This document shows, piece by piece, positions 1 through 12,201 of a stretch of 64,000 nt of DNA. Within the stretch, counting starts at the first letter, position 1. Every line of letters begins with the position of its first letter. Origin of the DNA: Oikopleura dioica (Eukaryota > Animalia > Chordata). The notes under the pieces were generated by a model that had not been told where the DNA came from, made no database searches, and saw nothing but the letters and a program-made list of their open reading frames with translations. Position numbers and translations under genes: made by a program. The stretch is from contig OU015569.1 of NCBI GenBank assembly GCA_907165135.1, positions 6,696,001 through 6,760,000 of the forward strand, in the 5' to 3' direction.

Positions 1-324
1 CGTTACCTTTTGCAGAGTATGGATAGCAGTATCAAACTAATATCTGTCTTCTCTTTTTCATTTCGGAAGCGAGCGAATTGTTTTTCACCATCATAAATCA
101 AAGTATAATTCTCAACGTGTTTTCCCTGTTTCTGGTTGCGAGGTTGGGGGCTCCTTTCTTTTTTTCAAACTTGGCCTAATCATCTCTTTTCTCTAGTCAT
201 AAAACAAATTGCCAGTGGAGCGCTTTTCACACATTCAGTCCTCTTCGCTGAAATATCAACTCATGGATTCCAAAAATATTCATATTCTTATAAAAATAGT
301 GCTCTTTTAATTTGACTTTTACAT

Positions 325-2102
325 TCAGTCGTTAACAATTTCAGCAGCAATGTTTCTTTTTATAAATATGTTAGCAGCAACAATCGTCCAGAAGGCACTG
401 TTGAAGACAAGGAAGAGAGCCGGAAATACTTTTCTAGCGAGTGAGTCGAGCCACATCGCCGCTAATCCGGAAATGACAACGTTCCTCTGTTGGTCAAGCT
501 CTTCTATGTTTCCAACAAGACTCGCACGGCGCCGACTTTGCCCAGCGCGATTTATTTTTTTCATCAACCGGGCGTGCTAATAATGCTATTATCCAATTGA
601 TTCGGATTTAATACCTCTGAGGACCTAGAGCTTTCGGAGCCATTTTTATCGCAGTCCATGTTCCCTGTCGGAATAGCTACAATATGGTAGTGTTCAATAC
701 TGTGATATGTAAGAAAGTAACTACCAGCTAGTGCATTCGCGGCCATCAATAATGACGGACGTAAGTTTTCGATTATTCCTGACGACTGCCGCTGTTTCTT
801 TCTGAGCAAGACTTTTAAAAATATTTGGCAAACTGAATTGACAAGTTCCCGATTCCCAAAATTTTATATAATAAATACTATCCTTGAGCAACAGTGTTTT
901 CGATCATGGTGCCAAAGACAAAAATATTACAGACGATGAGCCAGACGTCAAGAGCTATGGAAGGAACTAATAGCTTAAATAATTTATCGAGTTACCTTTG
1001 AGATATGATACTTTTGGCATGCTCGAGTTGATAGACTGCGACTGTCCAAGAATCGCAAGAAAGGTGGTGACGCCGAGTGTGACACGAGCAGGAACGTGAT
1101 CGACTTTTATCCAGAACGCGAAGAAGCTAACAATCACGCAAAGAAAGCTTGGCAAAAACTTTTTGAATATTTGCAAATATAATGACTTTTTAAAAATATT
1201 CTTTGCGAAATATTTTCCTGGAAGATGATATTTATACTGTATCGCCTCTCAAGAAGCATGAATAGTTCAGAGCAGTCGACTTCCTGCATGAAACGGCGCG
1301 TATGGCAAGGCGCACTAGTCAGGTTGCTCGTTTTTCGGTTGGAAATCGTGGCGATTCTGAATCCAGCTGGAGACTCGTGAATTAAGGAAGAGGAGACCGC
1401 AACGACGTCCAGTTTGCTCTCGTCGGAGTAGAACGAAACTGGGCATTCCTGACTGTCGAAAGGCTTATTTGATTTGTTACAGCTATCGAACAAAAGTCTT
1501 ACATAGAAAGTCAAGTCCATAAAGCACATAAGCAAAAGGTCGACTCGTTTCAGCAATTGAATTTCGCCAGATTTATCGATATGAAGCGCCTCGATTCGCT
1601 CGATTGATGGATTGCCGACCATGTTTAAAATAGATATCTGTGGCATCCAGATCAAGTCGGTCACGGCCCGTTTTAGGTTTTAAAAGAAATTTCGCTCGAT
1701 CTTTCATTATTTTTAATTCCTACTCTGTGCGTTGGCTGTCTCGACAGTCAAATTTCGCAGACGCTCGTCCGTCCATGTTAGAGTCATAAAGACTGATAAA
1801 TCAAGCTCTAAATTTGGTGCAATTAAATTCGCGAAATTTTCCCACAACTGACCCATTTGGCTTTCGCTCACTCCTCTGAGACTGCTGATCGAAAGTTTTA
1901 TCCCCGTGGTAGCATTTTCAGGAGCTACGTACTTTCTTACTTTCCTTAACAATTTGAAGCTACTAATAAATAGTTGTTGGAAAATCTTCCTGTAACAGAA
2001 CTCGCCTTCACAATTCGCCACGTCTGCAATCTCTAACGAACGCGTCACTTGCTCGCCGCAGAGGTAGAAAAATATAAATTCCCTCAAAAAGACAGTTTTC
2101 AT
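325..2102 (-). CDS. Cys-loop ligand-gated ion channel subunit, anion-selective (GlyR/GABA-A-like), multi-exon; 5' end may extend to ~2400
   Basis: Spliced Cys-loop CFMDLTFY|PFDSQEC (39-nt GT-AG intron 1464-1502); M1 ERRYSINIIFQ|FLPSFLCVIVSFFAFWI; M2 with PAR motif VPARVTLGVTTFL; M2-M3 loop MPKVSYLK; M4 RKVFPALFLVFNSAFW. Confidence 0.92.
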
Positions 2103-2810
2103 GGGCTTTAACGAGACTAACTAAAATCACTCATAGAGCACAATTACAATTAAACTCGCCCATCAGTCCTTAAACCGCTTGATAGATTGTTAGATGCGGC
2201 GATTAATGTGCCTCGGCCTGTTCCCACTCCTCATTCTGTCGCCCTTTGTCTGCATCTTTCGAAGTCTCTTTCTCTGATTTTGATATAACTCTAGTTACGA
2301 ATCAATACTACTGTCTCCTGTGACGGAATACAGCACTGGTCTCCGAGACTCATTAAAAATAAATTACCGGACGCCAACAGAAAAGAAATCTTTTCATAAA
2401 AAAACTAATTTCTGTGGTTAACATCTTGTCTAAACTTATATAAAAAACTAAATATGTAAAAAAAATGTTTCAACTGGACAAGAAGAATCGATAGTCAAAT
2501 AATGAAATACCCACTTTATATCAAATGTTGCATATGCTACAAAAGAAGACAATGATAATTAGACCGCATGAAGCATCCGTTATACAGACAGCGAAAAAGG
2601 GGTGAACGCTACGCACCGTGATGTGGCTTGAGGGGGGAAAGTGGAGCGCGGTAACTGCCGGGAACGGGTTCATTTAACAATAACGCTAACAAGCTCAAGA
2701 GTTCTCTTAAGATTTTCGCCTTGTCTTGCCTCTTGCCCTGCCTCTCCTTGTTTTTTGTTATATTTTTCAAAATCGAATCTTTGATTCAGAGAAATTGAAT
2801 TCGTGAAAAG

Positions 2811-3658
2811 ATGTGCTCGGATCCCCACAAAGGCTGTCTCATCACCTCGGCCATAGAAATTGGAACTTCTTCTTTGGCCTTTTTGATCGCTGCTAAAGCT
2901 GTCAAGGCTGGTTTAGTAAAATTACTACCCGAGAGAAATTCATCATAAAAACGTCATAAGATCTGCAAGGATTTTCCTTTTACAAAAAATAATGAACCAA
3001 AGAAAAGCTGCAGAATCTGTATAACAAGGCTGTGGATACAATAAGAACGAACGTTGGCTCAGCAGGAGACAGATTCGACGATGCAACAGTTGCTTCCGTG
3101 ATCGCCGGCTTTGCTTTGTAGGACAGTCGTTCAGTTATCAATCATAACAAATTATTAAGCCTAGGAATTCTGACTGGTGCAGTTGGTGTTCATGGAGGAC
3201 GAACTCGAACGCGCTGGTGTTACTTCCTTCATTTTATCTTTGCTCTCTTCCTGTCTCTCTGCTCCTTCGCCATTTTCATTGACTCTTTTGTCCAGTACAA
3301 GAAAATGCATAGGTAAGAGGCTTCAGGTTGTGCTTCGATAAAGTCTGTTTCTTTCAGTCAAGTCAGCTTGGACAACCCAACAGCTGCTCCTCAAATTCAC
3401 GAAGTCGCTGCTAACACAACTGTTGCACCAGGAACAGAATCTACTTCAGCCAAGCCAAGCAGTTTACTAGAAGCCGAGGACGTAAAAGAGTTCATCAGTG
3501 TGCTTGGATTTCCACTTGCGATCTACTTTTTCAACATTTTTCTGTTTCTTGGCTCGGCTTTCTATGCCTGGAAAGCGTGGAAGAACCGCGAAGGATCTTT
3601 CCAACGGGAGATGCTCGAGAATGAGCCTGACAGTGGGCCTTCTCCAGACCCTCTTTAG
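2811..3658 (+). CDS. Small four-transmembrane protein, 4 exons, function unknown
   Basis: ATG 2811 MCSDPHKGCLITSAIEIGTSSLAFLIAA; later exons give VASVIAGFAFLGILTGAVG, WCYFLHFIFALFLSLCSFAIF and LGFPLAIYFFNIFLFLGSAFYAW; short introns with GT-AG boundaries. Confidence 0.6.
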
Positions 3659-4394
3659 GCGTTAGTCTTTCAATCTGACAATGCAAAACTCTAAATACCA
3701 CCCTTTGCCGTTAATTTATAATCAATCGTAATGTTGATCGATTCCGATCTAGGGAATGGAGTAGCCCGTCAAACTTTTAGAAAAAAAAACTTTCTGTTCC
3801 ACTAGTCAAATGTTAATCAATCAAAAAGTGCCGCGTGTCTACTGTAAAGCTACTTTAGCTGTGTTTAAGTTTTGCCAAATTATATTTCTGTTTCTTCTGT
3901 AGCATTCACTAAACACAAATATACGATGTGAGATCTTCAGCAGCTCGAAAAGCTGATTAAAGGGATTCAATTTAGAAGCAGGACAAATTAGAATGATGAA
4001 AATGTAAAAAGGTGATGCGCTTTCTAAGGTAATCGAATATTTTCAGCACTGTCAGATTTCTAATAAATACATTTTCTTTTACATAACTTTTGAAAGTATC
4101 AAATTGATACTCCAAGACAGCCGTCTTACAAAGAGAAGTCTGTGGGAGATTGTTGATTAATTTATGATTACCGTCTTCTTTGGTGCGCAGTTCTGTCAGA
4201 AGTGTCTTTCATTTTTGTTAAGAAAAAAAAAACAACTCGCGAGGATACTTGTGCGGAAATGATCAAATTAGAAATAGTTATGGACTTTACTAAGAAGATA
4301 AAAACTTAAAAAATAAATGCAAAAAAATGTTTTTGAGCGCAAAAGAGATTGATATTTTGGGGTAAGCAATTTTTCTGTCGCAAAGAGTAAAATA

Positions 4395-4773
4395 GGTGGT
4401 GGTCTAAACTTTGAAGTTCTTACGTGCGATAAGAACTTCGTGTGGCCTAAACTTTGATCGTTCCCATGTGCGATTCTTTGAGAAAGTGGCCTAAACTTTG
4501 ATTCTTCCTATGTGTGAAAGTGGTCTAAACTTTGAATTTCCCCTGAGGCGCTCTGACTAGTTTTCACCTTGAATGAAAAACGTAAACCTTATTGGTCTGC
4601 ATAAAGCGTAGTGGCCTTAGCGGGCGGTGCTCTAGTCACCGATGGCAGAACCGCCTCCGGGGAAATTCAAAGTTTAGGCCACTTTCTCAAAGAATCACAC
4701 ATGGGAACAATCAAAGTTTAGGCCATCAGAAGTTCTTATCGCACATAAGAACTTCAAAGTTTAGACCACCACC
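4395..4773. mobile_element. Foldback-type MITE with TA target duplication and tandem subterminal 16-mers
   Basis: TA|GGTGGTGGTCTAAACTTTGAAG ... CTTCAAAGTTTAGACCACCACC|TA; unit GTGGYCTAAACTTTGA occurs 4x in the left arm and 3x inverted in the right arm; no ORF. Confidence 0.85.
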
Positions 4774-5759
4774 TATTTTATCGTTGATTGTTTGCCAAAA
4801 CCAGAAAAAAGGCCACAAAGATATTCATAGCGAGATTCTAAACGAGATAGTTTGGGCTAGTTAATAGTACAAAGTGCACAATTTATTTACGATCGTTTCT
4901 GTCAACGATAGATAAAACGATATGTCCATATTTTTTTGTGATAATCGGTGTAAAGCGAGTATTCAAAAACTGCGGATTGCAAGAAAGTGAGTCTTTTACA
5001 TTAAATTATTGATCGGAAAGGTAACTCGTTAAACTTGGCATAGAGGGGAGCTTGTCACCTGGGATAAACAAAGAGAGAAAAAACTAAATGTGAATGCTCC
5101 TGCTGGCGGTATTTTTGATAGGAGAGGTGGCTCGTAGTAATTTTATTAAAAAATTAAAGCTCCCTGACAATAAGGGGCTTTATAACATTATGTGCAGAGT
5201 AATGGAGTGGTCACGCAATTGTCAGCCGCCAGTTTATTTGAAAAGAGAGGAGAAATGTAAACACTCATTTTTTTCAAAGGAAAATTTACTCGGATAACGA
5301 CAAAAATCGTACCTATATCGAACATAATTTTAACTGCCGATTGACATTCCGAAAAAGGAACACAAAGATCCTTCCTGGTCTTTTCTTTTTTTTTTGGCAA
5401 TCATCGTTCTAAAACTCGTCACAGTTGATTTCGAGAACTAAGAAAATATTAAAATTTCATTGGCCGGACAAGTATCCCGGTTATGCGCCATTAATTTTGT
5501 CCATTTTTTTGCGTGGAAAGAGAGCATGGATTCTTTGAGAATGAAATTCAAACTCTACAGGTGAAACATACGATTTTTCCTTTGAAGATTTTTATGAGCA
5601 GCCTAACTTGCAGTCTTAAGTTCGGCTCTTGTTCTGAGTAGCAGTAGTATCCGTTCGTGGATTGACAAGTGGACTCTTCGATGGCAAGAACGCGCCGTCT
5701 TGAGGTAACAACAGACTTTGGAACAGTGCTGACTCGGCTTTGATAGGACTCCGATCAAT

Positions 5760-6848
5760 GTGCTTTTGGAATGGGTTCTCGCCGCTCGCTCTTCCCGTCT
5801 CGCTTACATCCCCAACGAAGAGTTCCTCGCTATCTTGGAGGAGTGCGAAATCACAACTCAAAATGAAATAAATAAAAATGAGATTGTTTCTCTTCCAGAA
5901 ACTGCGGAAAAGCGCGATAGTACTCTTTGCAAGAAATCTTTGAAAAAGAAAAAACAGGTGCATAATTATTCTAACATAGAAGTTTCAATTATTGCCACAT
6001 TTTTAACTTGTTTTTTTTCAGATCCAGCCAGTGTTAAATCAGTTCAAGAAGAGAACATTTAAATACATCACAGACGAGAAAGAAGACACAGATTGTTACA
6101 TTTTCTGCAGCGATAAGTATCTTGTGATCGCATTTCGTGGCACTTCTTTTACGTTTTCTGATGGTTTTAGCTTTACAGATGTAAAACAAGGTACGGAATC
6201 ACGTTCGGGTAGATATATTTATTGTTTTTGAAAGATTTGAAGGTGAACATGGTTCCCTACGCAGGAGGAAACGTCCACAGCGGGTTCCTCAGTCAGTATC
6301 TTGCAATAAAAGATGAGCTCTTTTCAAAAACGTCCGCCTTTATCAGCAAATACAATCCGGCAAAAATACTAATAACGGGTCACTCACTTGGTGGAGCACT
6401 TGCAAGTTTATGCGCCGTGGACTTTTCCCAGAGCCTCGATTCCGATCAGTCCAAAAAGATACGATGCGTCACGTTTGGAGCGCCTAAACCAGGAGATTCA
6501 AAATTTTGCTCAGTTTTTCGTAAAAAAGTGCCGAATTCGCATCGTCTTGTGCTCCCATACGATCCTATTCCCAAGGTGTGAAAAGATCACTGATCGTTTT
6601 AGAAACTAACCGTTCAGGTTCCACCAAATGTTCCCATGATGCGCTACATGCACCCAATACCAAAAGTCCTCCTTCGAAATCCGAAAAACAAACCACTGAA
6701 GATGATCCCAACTGAAAGTCATCATTACGAAAATTATCTTGAATCTGTTGAGCGCACACGGCGTTTAATTTTGGAGTACCGATTTCGAAATGCTGCTAGA
6801 AAAGCCCGCCTCTTTTGCGAGAAAGAGAACATATCAAGCTCGGCATAA
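5760..6848 (+). CDS. Class-3 lipase (alpha/beta hydrolase); 5' exons probably from ~5520
   Basis: LVIAFRGT, VHSGF, ILITGHSLGGALA nucleophile elbow, CVTFGAPKPGD, DPIPKV, YMH motifs across GT-AG-separated exons. Confidence 0.9.
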
Positions 6849-7153
6849 GCTTTGCGAAGTTTTTTTCAGCCACTGTTCTACGTGCTTGTACATATGTAAA
6901 GAAATGATTCTTTGACTAATATTTAATAAACTAAAGTTTCATGTTGACTCATGGTTGTAACATTTTCCGAAGCAATTATTGACTCCATTCCACATAAAAA
7001 TTGTTTGAGTAGTTATTCATTCATCACAGTAGCTCCATGATGCCCTCAGTGCACGTCAAGCTAAAATAAAGAAGGATACGCGTACGAGAAGATTCAGATT
7101 CTAAAGCAGAGATTCAGATTGTAATTTATAATTTTGCGAAGAGAAAATAAAAC

Positions 7154-8470
7154 ATGGAAAATTTTCGTCTACTCGGTGGGTCTGAAGGAACACTCCTAGT
7201 TGAAAGGAGCGGCCGATTCTATCCAGTATGTGGGGCAATGTTCAAAAGGAGTCATCAACAGCGGTTAGCGAGCAGTATTTGTCGTGAATTGGGCTTCGGG
7301 GAGGTCCTTTTCGTCGGTAGCAAAGAAGAAAAAGACGAAAGTGATGAGTATGTATGTGAGAAGTGGGAAAATGCCTGCGAAAAGTGTCTTGATTCGTTTC
7401 TTATTGTTGGTGGGAAATGCTCGAAAGAAAAGCACGATAAGCCGTCTTCAGTGAGTAGCATATTAATGTTTCCATAAACATGAGCTTTCTTCAGTGTAGT
7501 TTCAAATATTCATCACAATATGGCCAAGGATCGTGCATCAAGGTCGATCCGAACTTATGATCAAATGCAACGTTCCAAAGAATAAGAAAAGACAGAAACA
7601 CGGAGAATGGTCGGACTGGAGTCAGTGCGATCCGACTGAACAGTTCTTTCGTCACCGCTCCAGAGAATGCCAGAAGGGTTCAATTTGCAAAGGACACTGG
7701 CTAGAAATGAGCCCAGGCTGCCGATGCATAGGTAATCGAGCGATTATCATTTGACAGAATTCAAAAGAGCTCTATTTTTAGAGGACAAAGTGCTCTCGAC
7801 TGAGAGTTCCTTCGACTACTACTCGTACGAATCTTCTGATTCCAGTTCAATCGACAGCTCAACTTTGGAAGTCGCACTAGACAATGCCGATAAAGAAACA
7901 GAGGTTTTCGATCCATCCTATTTGGACTATTATTCCGCGAGAGCTCCGCGACCACAAGTCGAAAAGAAAAAGTACAAAGAATCATTTTGTTACGACACAC
8001 ATCTGTTCAAGCGGAGCAAAAGATCACTTTTGTGTGAATCGTCAACCAAAAGTACCACTACCCGTATCAACAAATCAACGAGCACAACGGCGACGATGAA
8101 GCCGTTAGTTGAAGATGACCTGTCGGAAATAAGTGTGCAGCTGCGCCATCCAGAAGTTCCAATCAGTGATGAATCGCTCGAGCAAGGAGGATTCATGCTT
8201 GGATTTTCTTTTGGGGAAAATACTCTTCTTATAGGAACGATCTCTATTGGTTTCCTTCTTCTTATTCTCATTGCAATAGTCTACGTATTACGAGTGATTA
8301 ATAAGCCTGCTAATAAGAGCGAAAGGTGAGAATCAAATTGTATTTTACAGCCAACTTCAAAATTATTAGAATCGTTAAACTTGAGGATAAATGTTTTATT
8401 AGCGGAGAAGTTTCAGAAGACAAAATTGACTCAAGAGAAGAAGGCGACGTATTTGCTTGTCAATAAGTGA
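7154..8470 (+). CDS. Single-pass membrane protein with SRCR-like and thrombospondin type-1 domains
   Basis: FRLLGGSEGTLLV..PVCG..ICRELGFG (SRCR-like); HGEWSDWSQCD..RHRSREC (TSP1); Ser/Thr-rich stalk; TM LLIGTISIGFLLLILIAIVYVL; 3' end approximate. Confidence 0.75.
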
Positions 8471-8502
8471 AGAACTACTCTTAAATTCTCAAGAAGAATA
8501 CT

Positions 8503-9137
8503 TCATTCGTAATCGTAAATGATTCTCTCGCAGTACTTTCCTAGATGTAAATTTGACAAATAAAATGTTACATTATGATGTAAACCTTCAACATAGAGGG
8601 GTTCATGACAAACGCATCCTTTCGCAGCCCAAATCCAGCGTCCTCGTCCATGGCTTTCTCGGATCAGATTCCTGATCTTCTTTAATTATTTGTCTATTCA
8701 ACAGTTATCATTCAATTCTAATCCCAAACATAGGTCATTCGAAAGGCAGGTCATGATCGCCCTTGGATACTTTCTTCGGGATCACAGAATTTCTTGATAT
8801 TATTTTAGCTTATTCATGTATAAAGAATCCCATCAAAAATGATTCTTTACATTTCCCGTAGGACAGCCAAAGATGAGTCGAAATTTGCTCATTTTCGAAA
8901 ATTTCAGAGAACTCTTTGTACTCGCAAGGTTCTTCTATGCATTCACGCTCTGAATCTGTGATAGTTTGATCGTTGCAATATTCTACCTAAATCTCCAGAT
9001 TCTAACTCTTCTCCATGAAGCCATGAGTTGTCCCTTCGCACTCGATTTTTTAGAAAATTAAAAGCTTCCTCTTTTGTCATCACCGAAGCAAACACACTTT
9101 GTGGCATTATTGAAGACAAAATCAGGTATACATTCAT
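8503..9137 (-). CDS. Small secreted vitamin K-dependent Gla-domain protein
   Basis: Signal peptide MNVYLILSSIMPQSVFA; propeptide SVMTKEEAFNFLKNRVRR; Gla domain DNSWLHGEELESGDL|ERECIEEPCEYKEFSEIFENEQISTHLWLSY using intron 8950-8986; C-terminal CVCHEPLYVEG|KYCER EGF-like tail (middle exons uncertain). Confidence 0.85.
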
Positions 9138-9382
9138 CTTTATTTGTTTTCTCTCTTTTTTTTTATTTTGATGTTTGAACAGAAGAAGCCAGACTGTTGT
9201 GTGTATTTCGTCTCCCTTTATCTGGACTGTCACTCGCGTTTCTCAAATAAATATCACACTGTGACTCGATAAATTAAAAGAAAAACAGCCGATCAAAAGC
9301 AGTAATTAACATTTACCTTTTTGTGCCGGCAAAATCATCTTTACGCTTTCCATGTTGCCGTCTCGTTTGATAAAGCTGGCCG

Positions 9383-10446
9383 CTACATTGCTGAAAGTGG
9401 GAAGCAATGCCGCGTCTCGGGTCGTGTCCGTCGAGTGCCGCGAAAAGTCAAGCTCGACCAAGTTCGCATCACCCGAATCAAAGCGACAGAGTTCGTTCTG
9501 TCTAATTTATCAAAAATATATGCATCACTTGATAAAGATAAAAAATTATTGATCAATTGTGCCTGTCGTAGTAAGATCTCGTTGACAGCGTCTTTGAGCG
9601 CGTCATAGCCATCGTCGTTCGCCATACGACTTCCGGCCAGTGCGATGTCTTCCCTTTCACCCATGATGATGCTTCTGAGCCCCACCGAGTTGCGGGGTCC
9701 AGTGTGAAGAGCAACAGGGGTTGGAGTCGGCGTTACCACCGGTTTCGCCATATTCAGCATGGGAATACCGTCAGGACTGTTTTTGGATCAAGTGGTCTGT
9801 TCTTTCGGAATTGTTTTCGAAAATTCTGACCCTTTGGACGCTTTTAAAATTATTCAAAACGACAAAGTCAAATAAATTTCCGTTTACAATCATATTAAAG
9901 TCATTTTAAAGCGTTCCTTTCTTATTGGAATTTTGTGACCATTCACTTCGTAATATTGTATTCGCGATTGTGCTCTGTTCTGCGAGAGGTCATTTTCATC
10001 TTACATCAGGTTTCGATTAATGTTGACATTCTCTGCCTGAAGCTCATTTTTATGCATAGTGCAGAGTCTGTGTTCTTTCCAGCTTTCCTTAATCCCACAG
10101 TGGCAGAAACCTGACTTCCCTAAAAATAAACCCATGCCATCGATGGCAGATCTTTGAAGGCACCTTTGAGCTCTTTAAAATCATGGAAGCGATGCTCAGA
10201 CGTATCGAAACAATCTTTGCATAGGATTGTCAGCGTGGATTTTTCGCAATCTCAGCAGAGGAACAAATCGATAGAAAGCGAATTTAACATATATATTGAT
10301 AATACTTTATGATTGATAATTTATGCACTGGTGAATTGTTACTCCTCTTCCTAGACACCTATAAACAATGGCTTTTTCTGTAATTTCTTGTGCGCAGATC
10401 ACTTGTCGCTTCACTTGTCGCCTTTTATAGCAGCTAAAAAGGGAAA
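9383..10446 (-). CDS. Short protein containing a UBR-box zinc finger (box at 10052-10396); both gene ends uncertain
   Basis: Spliced ICAQEITEKAIVYRCL|DCEKSTLTILCKDCFDTSEHRFHDFKELK|GKSGFCHCGIKESWKEHRLCTMH keeps the Cys/His spacing of UBR1/2 boxes. Confidence 0.8.
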
Positions 10447-11272
10447 ATAAAAATAAACAGTCGATTTTCTTGATCAAAATTGAGCAATAAATTATTGCCA
10501 ATAATTCATAGAAGAAGTGAAATTTCCATGATATGACTTCAAATTATGATTCATAATTTATGAAGTACAAGAAAAATAAAATCAAAAAATAAATCATGAA
10601 GAATACCTGAAAACAAGAAGAAACAAACAGCCCAGAAGCATAAAATAAATCCAGATAGGCATTTGTTCTATCGAAATTCGCAAAAAGTACTAAATAAAGA
10701 GTATTTATAGTTTTGGCGAATTTCCTTGCAACTTTGGGGACTGCTCATCTTCTGATACGTTCATGATTTTGATTCTCTTTAAATTCTTGCAACCTGTAGG
10801 TGAAAATTAATATTTTCTGCGAGAGTTGTTAATCTTTGCCTGCTCACAATAAAGACGTTGGATGGTACCCAATTCAGAAACAGATTTTTTATTTGACATT
10901 ATTTATACAGAGAAAAGGAGATTATCAGCTGCTTGTTCAAGTACTATCACGGCAATTGGAAGCCATTTATCAGTCCCATTTCTTGCGCTAGAATGCCGCA
11001 GTCGTTGTTTGCTTCATAAGTTTCATTTTTTATCATTTGCTCAATTAAGTTTCATGTTTGTTCTGCGAGTTTTCGTTCAAAATGATACTTCAAAATAGAC
11101 TATTTAAGAGACAATTTCAAATAGTTAGAAAACAAGTTGAATTGTATAAATGAATGAACCGTCCCTAACGTCGTCCTGGTAATCGTCGTTGTCTCATTAT
11201 TTTGGTCAAGTCCAGTGAGTTCGCAGCACTTAATTTATTTATTGAAGTAACTTCGAAACTGTCAAAATAGTC

Positions 11273-12201
11273 TCAGCGCGCGAACTCGTCAGATGAGTTT
11301 TCACAGAGTGGCAAGCAGACTGACCTGCAAAAAAGTGTTTTCGTAAACTTGATCACCGCAGCAGGCTCTTTGGTGGTCGGCGGATTTGAAGGGGAATCTA
11401 AAAATGCTCCAGAATCGAATGTTAAATGGTCGCACCTTTTTTCTGCGGGACCGCAGCACATGTCAAACGGGGGCGACGTCTTCCGAGGAATCATGCAAGC
11501 GTTTTCGAAGTCTTTCGGGGCTTATTTCACTCGTCGAAGAATCATTTACTTGTATTTTAGTAATTAAGAATCAAAATAAGCCCGTGACGAAACCCCCACG
11601 CACGTTATTCCGGGCATCCCACAAACCCTCCTTCTCGGTTATTTGAGTAATGAAGTTTTTATCGCATTGACAAGCTGCCCAGGCGCATGAATTTTCTGTT
11701 TCGACACATTCCATCCTTCAAGATTTATTCTGCTTTTGATTGCTGGTCTTTTCACTTACCCGCCGTTCGTGATTGTGTAATTGTATTCTTGATAGAAGTC
11801 GCACTTTTCGTCAAAGTCAATCGCGAGGCACATGTGGCAGTAGGCAATATCTCGACACACTCTTAATCAATTAAGTACTTTGAAATCTTCTTCGCTTTGG
11901 TACCTATCGATTTCGTCGACAGGCTGAGATCTTCCTTTTGTGAAGTCATGTCTGTTCGCTCTGGGCGAAGAGAAACACCAACACCCATACTCGAAGAAGG
12001 AGTCCGCCTCGTGTTCCGATCCGACTGCATTCAGTACCTCTCCGAGAAGATTGCGCAAGTGAGATCCTCGAGTTTCCTCTACCGAAGAAAAATCTAAAGC
12101 GTTAATAGCAAGGTGTTTCTCTCTTTTTGAAAAGTACCTCCGAAAAAATCATCTTGCGCGAGTGACTTATTGATAAAAAACAAAATCTGCGAAATTCTCA
12201 T
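11273..12201 (-). CDS. Secreted phospholipase A2-fold protein, predicted catalytically inactive
   Basis: Signal MRISQILFFINKSLA; FEYGCWCF Ca-loop; PVDEIDR|VCRDIAYCHMC; CAWAACQCDKNF; short GT-AG introns. Confidence 0.8.

Noticed and set aside
4395-4773. Regularly spaced 16-bp repeats resembling a CRISPR array
   Set aside because: The repeats flip orientation mid-element, the spacers are mirrored between arms, there are no cas genes and the context is eukaryotic; it is a foldback MITE
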